DNA of 64,000 nucleotides from Octopus sinensis (taxonomy: Eukaryota): assembly GCF_006345805.1 (NCBI RefSeq), contig NC_043007.1, positions 53,134,001 through 53,198,000 on the forward strand, given 5' to 3'. The position numbers were made by a program, and so were the translations under genes. Shown here in pieces: positions 12,206-25,721 of this stretch; within the stretch, counting starts at the first letter, position 1; each line of letters starts with the position of its first letter. The notes below the pieces were generated by a model. That model worked only from the letters and a program-made list of their open reading frames with translations. It had not been told where the DNA came from and did not search any database.

Positions 12206-12279
12206 GTACACATGTTGCGAAATACACTGGCCACCTATATGTTAATTTAAAGAGTAGTTAGTTCGGTTGATTGAACAAC

Positions 12280-15200
12280 AGAAACTCATCATAGAAACAG
12301 ATAGAGGATCTGTTATGAAGATGTATCGACCATATCCGGATGGTGCTTTTTACGTGTCACCAGCACGAGGAGCCAGTCAGGCAACTCTGGCAACAACCCA
12401 CGCATGAGTGGTGCTTATTGCATGCCATCAGCACTGGTATTGGCCACAATAGCAATTTCCATTTGATTGTGATTTGATTTTGATTTTGATTTACTTGACT
12501 CAATAGGTCTCCTCAAGCATGGTATGTTGCCCAACGATTCAAAGGTACTTTTTAAATGGGCTGGTTATGCGACACTGGTCCAGGCTATCTCACTTCTTTG
12601 CCAGGTCTTCTCAATCACAGCATCTCTCCAGAGGTCTCAGTCTTTTGTCATTGCCTCTGTGAAGCCCAACGTTTGAAGGTCGTGCTTCACCACCTCATCC
12701 CATGTCTTCCTGGGTCTCCCACTTTCACAGGTTCCTTCCACTGTTAGAGAGTGGCACTTCTTCACACAGCTCTCTTCATCCATATGTAGCACATGATCAT
12801 ACCAGCACAGTCGTCTCTCTTGTACACCACATCTGATGCTTCTTATGTCTAACATTTCTCTTGGCGCTTACACTCTGTCGTATGTGCACACTGACATTAC
12901 ACATCCAGCAGATCATACTAACTTCATTTCTTTCAAGTCTACATATGTCCTCAGCAGTTATGGCCCATGTTTCACTGCCATGTAGCATGGCAGTTCACAC
13001 ACATGCATTATACAATCTACTTTTCACTCCGAATGAGGGGCCTTTTGTCACCAGTAGAGGTAGGAATTTCTGAACTTTGCCCAGGCTATTTTTATTCTAG
13101 TGGCAATGCTCTCTGAGCATCCACCCCCACTACAAACTTGGTCACCAAGGTAACAGAAGCTATCAACTACTTCTAGTTTCTCCCTCTGGTATGTGATGGA
13201 ATCAGTTTTCTGAGCTTCTGTGGTGTTTATTGCTCCTGTGCATCTGCCGCATACTAAAGCTATCTTCTCGGTTAATTTTCCTTTGATGTTGCTGCACCTC
13301 TTATGTGCCCATAGCTTACACTGGGTACATCTTATGGAGTTTCTACCTACACCTTTTCTACAGATTGAGCAAGGCCATCTACCTGCAGGGATTTGTGATG
13401 TGTTTGCCTTCCTACTTACGAGGACTTTGGTTTTTGCAACATTGACTGTAAGGCCCTTCAATTCTAAACCTTGCTTCCACACCTGAAACTTCTCTAGTTC
13501 TGATAATGATTCCACTATGAGAGCAAAGACATCAGCATAGAGGAGCTTCCAGGGGCAGCCTGTCTTGAATTCCTCTTATTGCCTGGAGGACTATGATGAA
13601 TAAGAGGTGGCTCAGGGCTGATCCTAGGTGAACCCCTACTTCTACTCGGAATTCTTCGCTATACTCATTGGTGACCCTCACCTTACTAACGTCATCTCTA
13701 TACAAGGCCTGTACAGCTCTTTATTAATCATTCATCAATCACCAGTTTCCACATTGCCCACCAGATAAGGGATTGGGGGACCCTGTCAAAAGCTTTCTTC
13801 AAGTCAACAAAAGCCAAGTGTAGGGGTTTATCTTTGGCTAGGTATTTCTCTTGCATTTGCAGGAGTATAGCATCAGTGTTGCTTCTACTTAGCACAAAAC
13901 TGAACTACATTTCATCTAAGCAGACTCTCTCCCTAGTTAGTTGGGATATGACCCTCTCCTTGACCTTCATCACCTGATCCAACAGTTTGATACACCTGTA
14001 GTTATTTCTATCTAAAACATCATGTTTACCTTTGTACCAGTTGACTATGGTGCTGCTACACCAATCATTGGGTATGACTCCTTTGTAAACTACCTGGTTT
14101 ACAATACAGGTGACTAGGTCATGACTTTCACCACCAGATATTTTGAGCATCTCAGCAGTGATTCCTGATGGGCCAGGGGCTTTTCATAACTTTATATCCC
14201 TAATTTTTTCTCCACCAGGGTGCTTTGAATTTGGGTAGCTGGGTCAACATTTGGCAGGCTCTCCTCCTATGCATTCTCCACATTCATCAGCCTTTCATAA
14301 TGGCTTCTCCAAGCCTCTTCCTTTTCAGAATCATTAAAAGCAAGTGCACCATCATCCATGCAAGCACATTTCTTTCTTGTGACATCACAATTTACTCTTA
14401 CACACTATCTTGCAATCTGAAATACTTCAGTTTGTTAGTCCTCACATCACTGAACATTGGCAAACTTCTTCTTTTCTGCTTCTCCTTTGGCTAGATATAC
14501 CTGGCTATCTGGTACAGTTCCCTGCTACTCCCACTCTTCCAGGCTTTCCAGGCCTATTTCTTTGCTCTAATGGCCTTGTCTACCGTATTATTCCACCACC
14601 ACCACATTACTCTAAATCTGGAAGGGACTTTGCACCAGCCGCAGATTTGCTCTGTGGCACTCAGTAAGCTGTCCCTCTATGTCCAAAGTCTGTAGCTCCT
14701 CCTCCCTGTCATCAAATTTCTCAGTGAGGATGTCTCTAAATCTCTGACCATGTGAAGGGTTCTTTATCTTCCAAATCCTTCTTTTCTGGATTGGTCTGCT
14801 TTTTGGCATCCTTCTGGCCTCGAGTCTAAAGTTTCTAATAACTAGTCTATGCTAAGAGGTACATTCTTCAGGAAGGTTCTTTGTATTTTAGAGCAACCTT
14901 GCATCATGCTGTCTGGCGAGGATGAAATCAATCTAGCTAACAGAGTCACCTGATTGATAGGTTATCAGGTGGCTATTAGGCTTCCTGATGTTAGTGTTGC
15001 AGATTAACCCTTTCGTTACCATATTTCTAATCAAAATACACCCCTTATGTGTTTCAGTTAATTTCTAACATAATCATAAATTTAGTCTGGTTTCATTAAA
15101 CAACTCTAACTTTTTTATTTATCAACATATTAATGTGATTTTTGAAAATAATTTAATGAAAGGTTCTCAACCATTTTTGTACCATAATTTTTGTCACAAA

Positions 15201-17500
15201 GTTACTCTAATTACAGGTAAATTCAAAAAAATATAAAATTATTAAAATTTTTGTAGAAAATGGGTTAGTAGCTAATAACCCGTGCTAGCGCGGAAAACGG
15301 ACGTTAAACGATGATGATGATGATTCAATTGGGTATAGAACAAAATTTTACTATAGAAGAGTTGTGCACATTACTGGATTCATCAGGTGAATTTAAATAC
15401 ACAAAAGACAGGTGTACCATGAAGGTATAGGTAAAACGAAAGACTGGAATTTGCCTGTGAAGAAAACTAGAAAACAAAATACACATACACCATCAACTAG
15501 ATTGAATAAGCTCCCCCACATACATAGATACACAGATACAATAATGTATAGATACATACATAGATACAATAATGATTTGCAAAAGAAATTAATCAAAGTT
15601 TGTCACTCACCTTACTGGTAAATTAAAATAACCAGTAAATTAAAATTATACATAAAGAAAAATAGAAACGAAGTACCCAGTATTTGATTCACAAATCTTC
15701 CAAACTTTGATCCCCCATTTTGTGGGCTTTACTGGCATATATTGTTGAAAATGCACTCGGCTTTTATAGCCCACCATACCCTCATCAATAGATAAATATC
15801 TCCCTGGTTTATAAACTGTTTTATACGTGTTTTGAACACAGTCAATGAGATGTCTTATTTTAAATATGGGATCAAAGTCTGCTTCTTGTGTCTCTTATAT
15901 ATAAATACTGAGTCAATTTTAAAAATCGTGTCCTCGTCATTATGCTCGAGACATATTCATCTCCAAAGGGTTCATCGCTACTCCAGTAATTTGTTATTCT
16001 AGGTAGCTTTCTAATGTCTATAATAATATTTATGGCAAAATATGCCTTAATCTCATGTAAGCTTGTGGGAAACCACAAACTATCCTTTCTTTCACTTTGT
16101 TTACTTTCAGCGTATTGGTTTGTTTCCACCGTAATTATTTCAAATAAGCTCATCAGAAAAAGTAAAAAGAAATAGTCTAAAGTTTTACTCTCCTGGGAAA
16201 GACTGCGACTTGGTCCAGTTTCTTCAGTTTTTAAATTTTTACTCCATTCAGATGCCAATCCATTTTCTTTATCGCTGTCATCGGAGCTCTAAGATTCACT
16301 GCTTTCACTTTTGGAAAATGAAACATCAGATTCATTATCAAATACCACGTACTTTTTTTTTCAGTTATAGAGTTAGATTTATCAAGGTCTTCAGTGGAAA
16401 ATCCTTCGAATTTTGACTCGCTGCTTAACAGAATGAAATTTGTATCCATTTTTTTTGTCAGAATTACAAATTTTCGAAACACAACAGGAACAAATTTGGA
16501 AAAAAAATCTCCCAAAATTCACAGAATCAAAATAACATGTTGATCATTGTACAAAACTGTAGCTGAACTGTTTACGCAGTATAATCATATGTTTTCACGA
16601 ATGTACTAACGAGATTTGCTGTGACACTCATTTAAATATGAATATGTGATTACGGGCGGTTTTGGGCGGCTTGGTCACATGAACCAAAATTTTTTTCGGG
16701 TGGCTTTGGCTGGTTTGGTAACGAAAGGGTTAATAGGTTGCATGCATCACAGAACTCCAGTAGCCTAGTTCCCTCTTTGTTTTGGGAATTAATTCCATGG
16801 CCCCCCTGAATATCATGGAAGATACTGGATTGTTGTCCAACATGCCCATTAAAATCTCCAGCTGCAAAGATGAGGTCATTGTCACTTGTCTTTGAAGTGG
16901 CCTGTAGAAGGGATCGTAAAAGTGGTCCTTCTGATTATTTGGTAGGCCCGCTTGTGGAGCATAGGCAGAGATAATTGTAGCTATACTAATCTGCAGGACT
17001 AGCCTGATCTTCAGCATTCTATTGCATACCCTGATTACCTCTATGACCTTATCCACCCATTTCTCTGCATCGAGTATGCCTACATTCCCTACTCCATCAC
17101 TGTTACCTTCCCAGAAGATTTTTATACCTATGTGCCTTACCCGTGAGGACTCTGGCAGAAGCTTCTCTCCACTTTACCTCTTGTATGCAGCAAACATCAA
17201 CACGTCTCCGTTCAAGCATCTCTACAATCTCACTAGACTTCCCTTTCAGTGTGCCTACATTGACAGTGCCAACTCTAAAAACAGGGAAAGGAATATGGGA
17301 GGAGACATGGGGAGGGGAGATGTTATTCAGTGCCTGAAAAGAAGAAGAAGGTTCTTGTGTTCATCTGATAGACATGCTACACCTGTTCTCACTTTCGACC
17401 TGTCATCATTCAAACATTCAAGCATGTTAAAATTGTTGCCCCTACTGGGTGTAGGAGTAGGTATTAGTGGCATTGTAACTATAAGCATTATGGACATCGT
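12280..17500 (-). mobile_element. Near full-length decayed RTE LINE (APE, RT, C-terminal domain), split by piggyBac
   Basis: APE start RVGTVNVGTLKG..DVCCIQEVKW near 17290; LLEFCDACNLLICNTN spans the piggyBac site; RT LLYADV near 13540; C-terminal WPCSICRKGVGRNSIRCTQC and RPRKTWDEVV. Confidence 0.9.
15008..16729 (-). mobile_element. Internally deleted piggyBac transposon
   Basis: TTAA at 15004-15007 and 16730-16733; perfect 13-bp TIR CCCTTTCGTTACC/GGTAACGAAAGGG; transposase N-terminal fragments SESKFEGF and EIKAYFAINII...YWSSD...SIMTRTRFLKLTQYL (15872-16258). Confidence 0.92.
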
Positions 17501-17698
17501 AAAATCATAAACTTAAGCTTTACTGGAGTTAATAAAAAAAGATAGATAAAGGAGGAGAAGAAGAGAGGGAGAAGAAGAATATCAATATGCCTATGTTAGA
17601 TTAAGTAAGTGGGCAGCTAAACTAGTTGCATTTGTCCCAGGAGAGAGGGAGAGGAAATTGCAGGTATGATAGAGGATACCACACACACATACACACCC

Positions 17699-17735
<37 letters not shown>

Positions 17736-17974
17736 TTGCAGGTATGTTAGAGGATACTGTCAGTGAGGGAGAGGGTTTCTGGTGAGAGAAGAGAGATACC
17801 CAGAAATGGTAGTGGGAAAAGAGAGAGATATCTGGTATTGGAGGGAGGAGAGAGAGAGATCCAGTATTTTTTTTGGGGGGGGGGGCACACCATGAACAAG
17901 CAAGGGTTAATTTAGAGAGATGGTATGAAAAATATGTAGTCAACTTGAGAACACAGGAGGGAAGGAGAGATTTG

Positions 17975-18860
17975 TTGTGATTTGTTATGAGTGTAGACAG
18001 CTGTATACAAAAGTGCCTGTCACTGAAAGTGAATGGTACCTGTGGAAGAGGGAGACTCAGGAAGACATGGGATGAAGTGGTGGGGACCAATCTCAGGATG
18101 TTAGGACTCATGGAGGAAATGACAATGGACCAAGATATTTGGCGATATGAGGTTCGAGAGAAGACCTGCTCACATCGGTGAAACTGAATGCTAGAAGCAT
18201 TGTATCCTACCCACATGTAACAATAAACTTTTCACACGCCCTACTCCACGAAACCAAACTGCATCTAAACTGCATCTTTCTCTTCACATTTCCTCTTCAT
18301 ACGCTATGATTATCTCCCACTCCACTTCCCTGCCCTCACTTGCCTGCATACTGTATCACTGCTCCTCCTCCCCATCCTCATGCCCAGGCTTTAACCAGTC
18401 ATTGCAATCCACAGGCATACCCTGGCAATTGCCACCATTTATCTCTTTCTTCCTTACTCTACTATTACACCTGTACTCTGATCCTTGTTACTTGTGTATA
18501 TACCCTGGCACTTCACCACCATCTCTCTTGCACTTTTGCTGTTTCCCACTCTCTCTCTCTCTCTTTCCCTTGCTCTTTCCTTGGGTTGGGTAGCCATGTA
18601 TTTCCTCTACAGCAGCACACCTATTTCTACCCTCATTCTCGACCACTCCCTCTCTCTCCTTCTCTTGCTTTTCCCTCTGACTAGGTAACCCAGTATCTCT
18701 TTTACATTAGCACACCTGTTTCTGTCCTTTCTTGTACCTCTCTCTTCCTCTTTTTCTCTCTTTCTCTTTTCTCTCTCTTTCTCACTCCTTCTCTCTCTGG
18801 TTGGGTAACCATATGCCTCCTCTATAGCAAGACACCTGTTTCTGCCTCTCCATTTCTCAG
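17975..18860 (+). mobile_element. Divergent RTE subfamily 3' end with long CT-rich tail (copy 2)
   Basis: ORF 17987-18181 has CGRGRLRKTWDEVV; homologous to 11015-11730. Confidence 0.7.
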
Positions 18861-19957
18861 GTATGTGGCCCTGTTTGATTTGTAGGAAAGGTATTGCCAG
18901 GAACACAATATGGTTTAGCCAGTGTAAGCTATGGACACACAAGAGGTGCAGTGGATTAATAGGAAGGTTATTAGAGAAGGTAGTGTTCGTATGTGGAAGA
19001 TCCATAAAATCTACTGAGATTCAGGAAATTGATTCTCTGAAATGCCCTGGTGGCTCATTAGAGGCAGTAGATAATTTCTGCTATCTAGGGGACCAAATTA
19101 GTAGTGGGGGAGGATGCATGGAGAGTGTGATAGCTATAATAAGAATTGGATGGAGGAAATTCAGAGAGCTGTTACCTCTGCTGGCTATGAAAGGTTTCTC
19201 ACTCCAAGTGAAAGGAAGATTGTATGATGCATGTATATGGAGAGCAATTCCACGTGGTAGTGAGACATAGGTGCTGAATTCAGAGGTCATGTGAAGGTTA
19301 GAGAGAATGAGGCCAGTATGCTCCGCTAAATGTGTAATGTAAGTTTACATGTCTGACAGAGTGCTAGTGTATTAAGAGAGAAGTTAGGCATAAGAGGAAT
19401 TAGTTGCTGTGTGCAAGAGAGAAGACTGCACTGGTTTGGTTATGTGATGTGGATGGATGCTGACAACTCCTTAAAGAAGAGCTAATCTCTCAAAGTAGAT
19501 GGAACACGTGGAAGTGGGAGACCTAGGAAGACATGGGACGAAGTACTGAAGGGCAACCTCAAGATGCTGAACCTTTCAGGCAAGATGGTAAAGGACTGAG
19601 ATGCCTGGCTCCTTGCTGTGCTCAAGAAGACCCATACTTCACAGCAGAAGTGTTAAAACCAGTCCCCCTGGTGGTGGGTCTTGACCTGCAAGAATCCTGT
19701 GCCAATTCTATGTAAAAAGCACTCGTGGTGGTGCCACGTAAAAGTGCCTGTTTCAACTTGTAAACATCTGTGTGGTGCCACATGAAACTGCTTGTATGGT
19801 GTCACGTAAAAGCACCCCAGCACACTCTATAAAGTGGTTGGTGTTAGGAAAGGCATCCATGTATAAAAACCATGCCAAACCAGACTGGAGCCTTTCAGCT
19901 CTTGTCAAACCATCCTACCCATGTCAGCATGAACAATGGATGTTAAATGATGATGAT
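18860..19957 (+). mobile_element. 5'-truncated RTE LINE
   Basis: WPCLICRKGIARN, FCYLGDQ and KGRLYDAC motifs; tail ending (tga)n near 19950. Confidence 0.85.
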
Positions 19958-20109
19958 GACACTACAGCTAACACCAGCCAGTTATTGTATATCATTGCAC
20001 ATGCATTACTGGAAGTCCATAGTAAACATGTATCGTTTAAAATTATAATTATTGATACACACGCACCCTACACCCCACTTATAGGTAATTACTAATGTGT
20101 GTTTCATGT

Positions 20110-20790
20110 AATACAGCAGATTAACTATTTGGGTGACTATCATATGTTCTACTTCACCAGATATTTTGGGCATAGCGTCTAACCCTGATGGGCCAAATAC
20201 TTTTCTTACATTAATCTCCTTAATCACTCTATTCACCACTCTACTGTCTACTGAATTACTGATTTCTTTGTTGCATCACCATGAAGTGCTCTTTTTATAT
20301 CCAATTCATTCTTTTCATTCAACATCCTCACATAGTATTATTTCCATGCCTCTTTCTTGTCATCAGCAGTAATGGCAGGTGTACCTTCACCATTTCTGCT
20401 GGTATCAAAAGTCTTCTTTGTCAAAGTGAAGGGTAGATTGTATGATGCTTGTGTTTGAACTACAATGGTGCAAGATAGTGAGATGTGGGCTTTGAATGAG
20501 AAAGAATTGCAAAGACTAAAGAGAAATGAAGCAGGTATGCTCTAATAGATGTGTAATATTAGTATGCCTGAATGCCAAAGTACAAATGAACTGAGAGAAA
20601 ACTGGGTGCAAGGAGAATCATATATAGTGTACAAGAGAGCAGGGTGCATTGGTGTGGGTATGTAATGCACATGTATACTGATTGCTGTACAAGGAAGTGC
20701 CATGTGATCTTGGTTAATGAAACTCATAAAAGAAGAAGACTGAAGATGACATGGCACAAAATGGTGAAAGCTGACTTGAAGATGCGGCAT
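20110..20790. mobile_element. Decayed RTE fragments in both orientations
   Basis: Minus: KVFGPSGLDAMPKISG (20110-20400). Plus: KGRLYDACV..MV..SEMWA (20400-20790). Confidence 0.6.
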
Positions 20791-20899
20791 CTTGTGGGGT
20801 AATAAGAAAGGACGATATTGATTGGTGATACATATTGGGTTTGTAAAAAATATGTAGTGTTTTTTAAGTAAAATTCATTAACAATATTTAGATAGTTGT

Positions 20900-21050
20900 G
20901 TACACCTTTACTCAACCAAATATTTCCCAATTTGTTCCCCTACCTTTTGCCATCTTTGAGGCAGCTTCATGATCCCATCCTCCCAGAACTTGGGATCTTT
21001 CTGGGACATTAACTGGTCTATATAGTTTTTACACACTTTTAAAGAATCAA
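20900..21050 (-). mobile_element. mariner transposase C-terminal fragment
   Basis: Reverse complement reads KDPKFWEDGIMKLPQRWQKV. Confidence 0.65.
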
Positions 21051-21992
21051 AGTTCTTCTCATTTAGAGAATTTTGCAGGAATTGGAATAAATGATAATCT
21101 GAGGTACAAGATCAGGTAAGGGTAAGTGTGGTGGGTGGGGTAAAACATCCCACCCAAGCTACACCAACTTCTGCCTGATCTTGAAAGAAATATATTTGAC
21201 TCAAGTCGAATATTTATTGAACAGCAGTTTCCTAACATGCATAATTATGTATATGCTCCTTTTGTAATGTCATTTTAGTTCCTAGCAAATATAACCACCT
21301 TAACCAATTATCCTTTTGATATAGATAGATAAAAATCAACTATATTGAATAGGGTAAAGGTTGCCCTGTCTCAATCTTGATTGGCTTTAAATCATGAAAT
21401 CACTTCATTAGTACTATGCTATAAGGAGAAATCAGAGGCCCTCCTTATGTCATTTACTTTTTTCATTACTAGGCAGCTTTTAAGAGAAATGCTGGGAGCT
21501 ACATCAGCTCTTGTGTGTTGAGTTTGTAGCATTTTTAAATGCTTTTGATGCCATAAATTGTAAAATCAACCAACTCCAGTCTTCTCATTTAGATACTGGG
21601 ACTGCACAATTTCTGTTGTCAATATACTGGACAAAGAAATTCAAAACCACCTTAGACAGAACTCCATACCCCTTAGTGAAAAGATATTTTTAAAGATCCA
21701 TTTCAGCTTTCATGCTAAAGTCCTCGTCTGCTTGACAATGTGTTTTGATTAATGTGTATTGGTCTGCAACATAGATTACATAAAGCTGTTACATTAATGA
21801 TGATGGAGTAAAGATTGTTTGCCAAAATAACATGGCAGTCCTGGTTTAGAAAGAATGTTGCTGTAATTTAGCCCCAGGAGACATCGTCTCCAGCTGGCTA
21901 TACGACACGATCTGTGTCCTTATATTTTTGAATAAAATTGATAATTTTCCACATTATTTTTTACTGTTTTATCTACTTCTTTTATTTTACAG

Positions 21993-22185
21993 CATATCTT
22001 AATAGATGTTGATTCCTTACTTTACGTTGATACAGATGTTCTGTTCTTGAGTCCAGTCACTGCTATATGGGAAATCTTCAGCAAATTTTCTGAATCCCAC
22101 ACAACAGGACTAGCACCAGAGCATGAAGATGCTGGTACTGGGTGGTACAACAGATTTGCTCAACATCCATTTTTTAAACCTTTAG
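21993..22185 (+). CDS. GXYLT1: GXYLT1/2 internal exon B (DxD motif), phase 0/1
   Basis: ttttacag acceptor, G|gtattt donor. 193 nt translating HILIDVDSLLYVDTDVLFLSPVTAIWEIFSKFSESHTTGLAPEHEDAGTGWYNRFAQHPFFKPL(G), with YVDTD and APEHE..GWYNRFA.HP motifs. Not in the supplied ORF track. Confidence 0.95.
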
Positions 22186-22393
22186 GTATTTTTTGGTTTT
22201 GATTTAATTTTAAAAAATTCATCAGCTATATAATAGTAATATTGCTAGATTTAATGTATTGCCTTTGTATTTTATTTATTTTCAATTTGAAAATAACTTC
22301 ACTGACATATGAATATTTTCAAAGATAGTATTGTTTTTCTCATTCTTTCTTTTGTCAAATGAAATTTTTTCCCTTTGTTCCTTTTCTTTTAAG

Positions 22394-22543
22394 GTGTCAA
22401 CTCAGGTGTTATGTTGATGAATTTAACAAGAATCAGATGTACAAAATGGCAATCGTTAATCATAGAATATTACAAGACTTACAGATATAAAATTGTTTAT
22501 GGAGACCAAGACCTAGTGAATATCTATTTTCATTTCAATGCAG
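22394..22543 (+). CDS. GXYLT1: GXYLT1/2 internal exon C, phase 1/1
   Basis: ttttaag acceptor, G|gtaggc donor. 150 nt translating (G)[49 protein letters not shown], with GT8 NSGVMLMN and GDQD motifs. Confidence 0.95.
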
Positions 22544-22744
22544 GTAGGCATCCTTTAGTTATCATTATACTACAGGTACACTGTAGATTTTCTGATATCC
22601 TTGACAAATTAACTGTTTTGCTGGACTATCCTTGGTCACATACAGGGTATTAAATATGAATCTGAACCATATTTCATTGCACAGTATGTTATGGATAAAC
22701 ACCTTTCAAAGCGCTAAGGCATTTACTTTTTTCTATTACCAACA

Positions 22745-24298
22745 GCTTATCTGGTGGTCAATGAGGAAACTAGGGATGGATGAATGGTTAGTGAGAGCTG
22801 TGCAAGCCATGTGCAGGGATGCTGTCAGTAAGGTGAGGGTTGACAATGAGGACAGTGAAGAATTCCGGGTGGAGGTAGGGGTCCACCAAGGGTCAGTCCT
22901 TAGCCCCCTCCTATTCATCATAGTCCTCCAGGCAATAACAGAGGAATTCAAAACAGGATTCCCCTGGGAGTTCCTCTATGCTGATGACCTTGCTCTAATT
23001 GCTGAGTCACTATCAGAACTAGAGGAGACGTTTCAGGTGTGGAAACAAGGATTAGTATCAAAGGGCCTTAGAGTCAACCTAGCTAAAACCCAAGTCCTAA
23101 TAAGTAGGAAGGCAGACAAACCACAAATCCCTTCAGGTAGATGGCCCTGCTCAATCTGTAGTAGAGGCCTAAGTAGAAACTCTATAAGATGTACCCAGTG
23201 TAAGCTATGGACACATAAGAGGTGCAGCAATATCAAAGGAAGGCTAACTGGGAAGATAGTTTTTGTATGTGGCAGATGCTCAAAAGCATTAAACACCGAA
23301 AATGTGCAGAGAACAACTTCCACTACATGACAGGGAGAAAAACTAGAAGTAGTTGATAGCTTCTGTTACCTAGGTGACCAAGTCAGCAGCAGGAGAGGGT
23401 GCACTGAAAGTGTAGCTGCTAGAATAAGAATAACCTGGGCAAAGTTCAGAGAGCTCTTAGCTCTGCTGGTGACAAAAGGCCTCTCACTCAGAGTTAAAGG
23501 TAGACTGTATGATGCATGTGTACGAACAGCCATGCTACATGGCAGTGAACATGGATGACTGCTGAGGACATGAGTAAGCTCACAAGGAATGAAGCCAGTA
23601 TGCTCCGATGGATGTGTAATGTCAGTATGCATACTCGACAGAGTTTTAGTACCTTGAGAGAAAAGCTGAACCTAAGAAGCATCAGATGTGGTGTGCAAGA
23701 GAGACAGCTGCACTGGTATGGCCATGTAGCGAGGATGGATGTGGATAGCTGTGTGAAAAAGTGCCACACCCTAGCCATTGAGGGAACATGTGGAAAAGGT
23801 AGACCCAGCAAGACCTGGGATGAGGTGGTGAAGCATGACCTTCGAACATTGGGCCTCACTGAGGCAATGACTAGTGACTGGGACCTTTGGAAATATGCTG
23901 TGCTTGAGAAGGCTCGGCAAGCTCAAGTGAGACCATAACCTTGTGGCCTATGCCAGGGGTGTGTAACCAGCCCACTTATGTGTATCTTTCCTTCATTGGA
24001 CACTAAACTCTGCATGCGAAGACCTGTTGAGACAAGTGAAATCGAAATCAAATTTGATGACTGGCATCTGTGCTAGTGGAGTGCTAAGAGTACCATATGA
24101 GCATTATCATTGCCAGAGCAACAAGCTGGCCTCCGTGCCAGTGGCATGTAAAAAACACCATTTGAGTGAGATCATTACCTACGTCGCCTTACTGGCACGT
24201 GAAAAAACATTCGAGCGAGGTTGTTGCCAGTGCCGCTGGACTGGCTCCTGTGCAGGTGGCACATAAAAAGCACCATTTGAGCATGGCCATTGCCAGTA
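22745..24298 (+). mobile_element. 5'-truncated RTE LINE ~200 bp downstream of exon C
   Basis: QGSVLSPLLF and LYADD in ORF 22632-23330; C-terminal ORF 23555-23938; 3' UTR motif repeats; ends abruptly where a Penelope-like element begins. Confidence 0.92.
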
Positions 24299-24299
24299 A

Positions 24300-25440
24300 G
24301 TGGATTTGTATTTAACAACTTATTATTATGCGAAGAGATGATTTGTGAAAGATTTTTTGTATTAGAAAAACCTATCCTAGTTCGGTGTGAGTTAGTAATC
24401 GAATAGTACCTTGAATTTCTCAGATATTTGAGCTGAGTCACTAGACCCTATAGGTATATCAAAGCAACTAGGTTGATCTTTACCAGCCCAAAATTTGTTA
24501 TCAAATTTGATAATAGATTTTATAGCTATTAAAACAACATTGATTTCATCCTGGGAGAGGCCAGCTTTATTATGTATGAACCATAGAGCTTTATTAAGGT
24601 TGATGGGATTGATAGAGGAATAATAACTACAGATATCAAATTGAATAAATTTAGTGTTTAGTTTATTATTGATATAGTTGAACCAGTCAACAATCTGGAA
24701 CGCGCTAGACCATAAATTTTGTTTTTTCATGAATGAAGGAATGCACTTATCAAGAATATTTTTGCTAAGTATACTGATATCAGAGCTGGAAGGACAGATA
24801 AGATGGAGAGTAGGATTATTGAAGAAGTTAGGTTTGTGGTCCTTTAAGACAAAACAGGGTTATTTTGGATTTAAAAGCTCAGTCTTCATTTGTAAGTTAT
24901 ATTTTTCCATAATTTTCTTTGCTTCTAGGTTAGCCTTTCTGATAACATTTTCACTAGTAGTCTTATGTATTTTTTGTATTTCCTTCTTGAATAATTTTAG
25001 GTAAAAATCCGTGTTTAAGTGATACAGGTTACGTGTTTTATCATATTGAACAAGAAGGCCTTCCATGTTTATTTCTTTGGTAATATTATATAGATATCTT
25101 AGATGTTTATTCCTTAAGGGTGAATGATGGAATTTAACATTCTTAACAATAGACCAGAGGTCCTCGTCAAACTGTTTTAAACTTGGGTTAAGAGGAGGAT
25201 TATTTTATATTTGAACAATTTACTAAATTCATAATTTTGGTCATTGGAGGGTGGCTTGATATCCTTATTATTGAAGAAGAAAGCTTGCCATCTGATACGA
25301 TTAATAATAGAGTTAGTCTTATTGATGAGTTGTTTAAGGAAAACCTTTCTTGGGGGAACAGGTATATCCTTGAGAGAAGCATTAGTATTAAAGGTCTCCA
25401 TTTGCAGTAACTATTCCAGTTGCAGGTTTTACCAATGAAA
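24300..25440 (-). mobile_element. Penelope-like element RT region, decayed
   Basis: FLKQLINKTNSIINRIRWQAFFF, FIQFDICSYYSSI, FDIPIGSSDSAQISE and IISSHNNKLL resemble C-terminal-EN PLE RTs. Possibly Hydra clade (from memory of family motifs). Confidence 0.75.
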
Positions 25441-25654
25441 ATCTTGTGCATATATATGAATTTACAATTTATAGGAAAAATCCAGAGGAACAATTACAAG
25501 GTATCCAGATGTCACATAAGCATGAATAATGTGGAACATTATTATGTGCATCAGTCTCATCAGGGAGGATATAAACAACAGTCTGCATCAATAAGATATT
25601 TTAACTGATGTAAGAAACTACAATATATGACATATATATTTATATATATACACA

Positions 25655-25718
<64 letters not shown>

Positions 25719-25721
25719 AAG

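Noticed and set aside
22632-23330. 232-aa ORF as a host gene or extension of exon C
   Set aside because: From ~22745 it is RTE reverse transcriptase; the upstream part is intronic read-through.
25505-25565. Hammerhead on minus (CTGATGA plus hairpin)
   Set aside because: No GAAA or NUH in register; at best a decayed relic.
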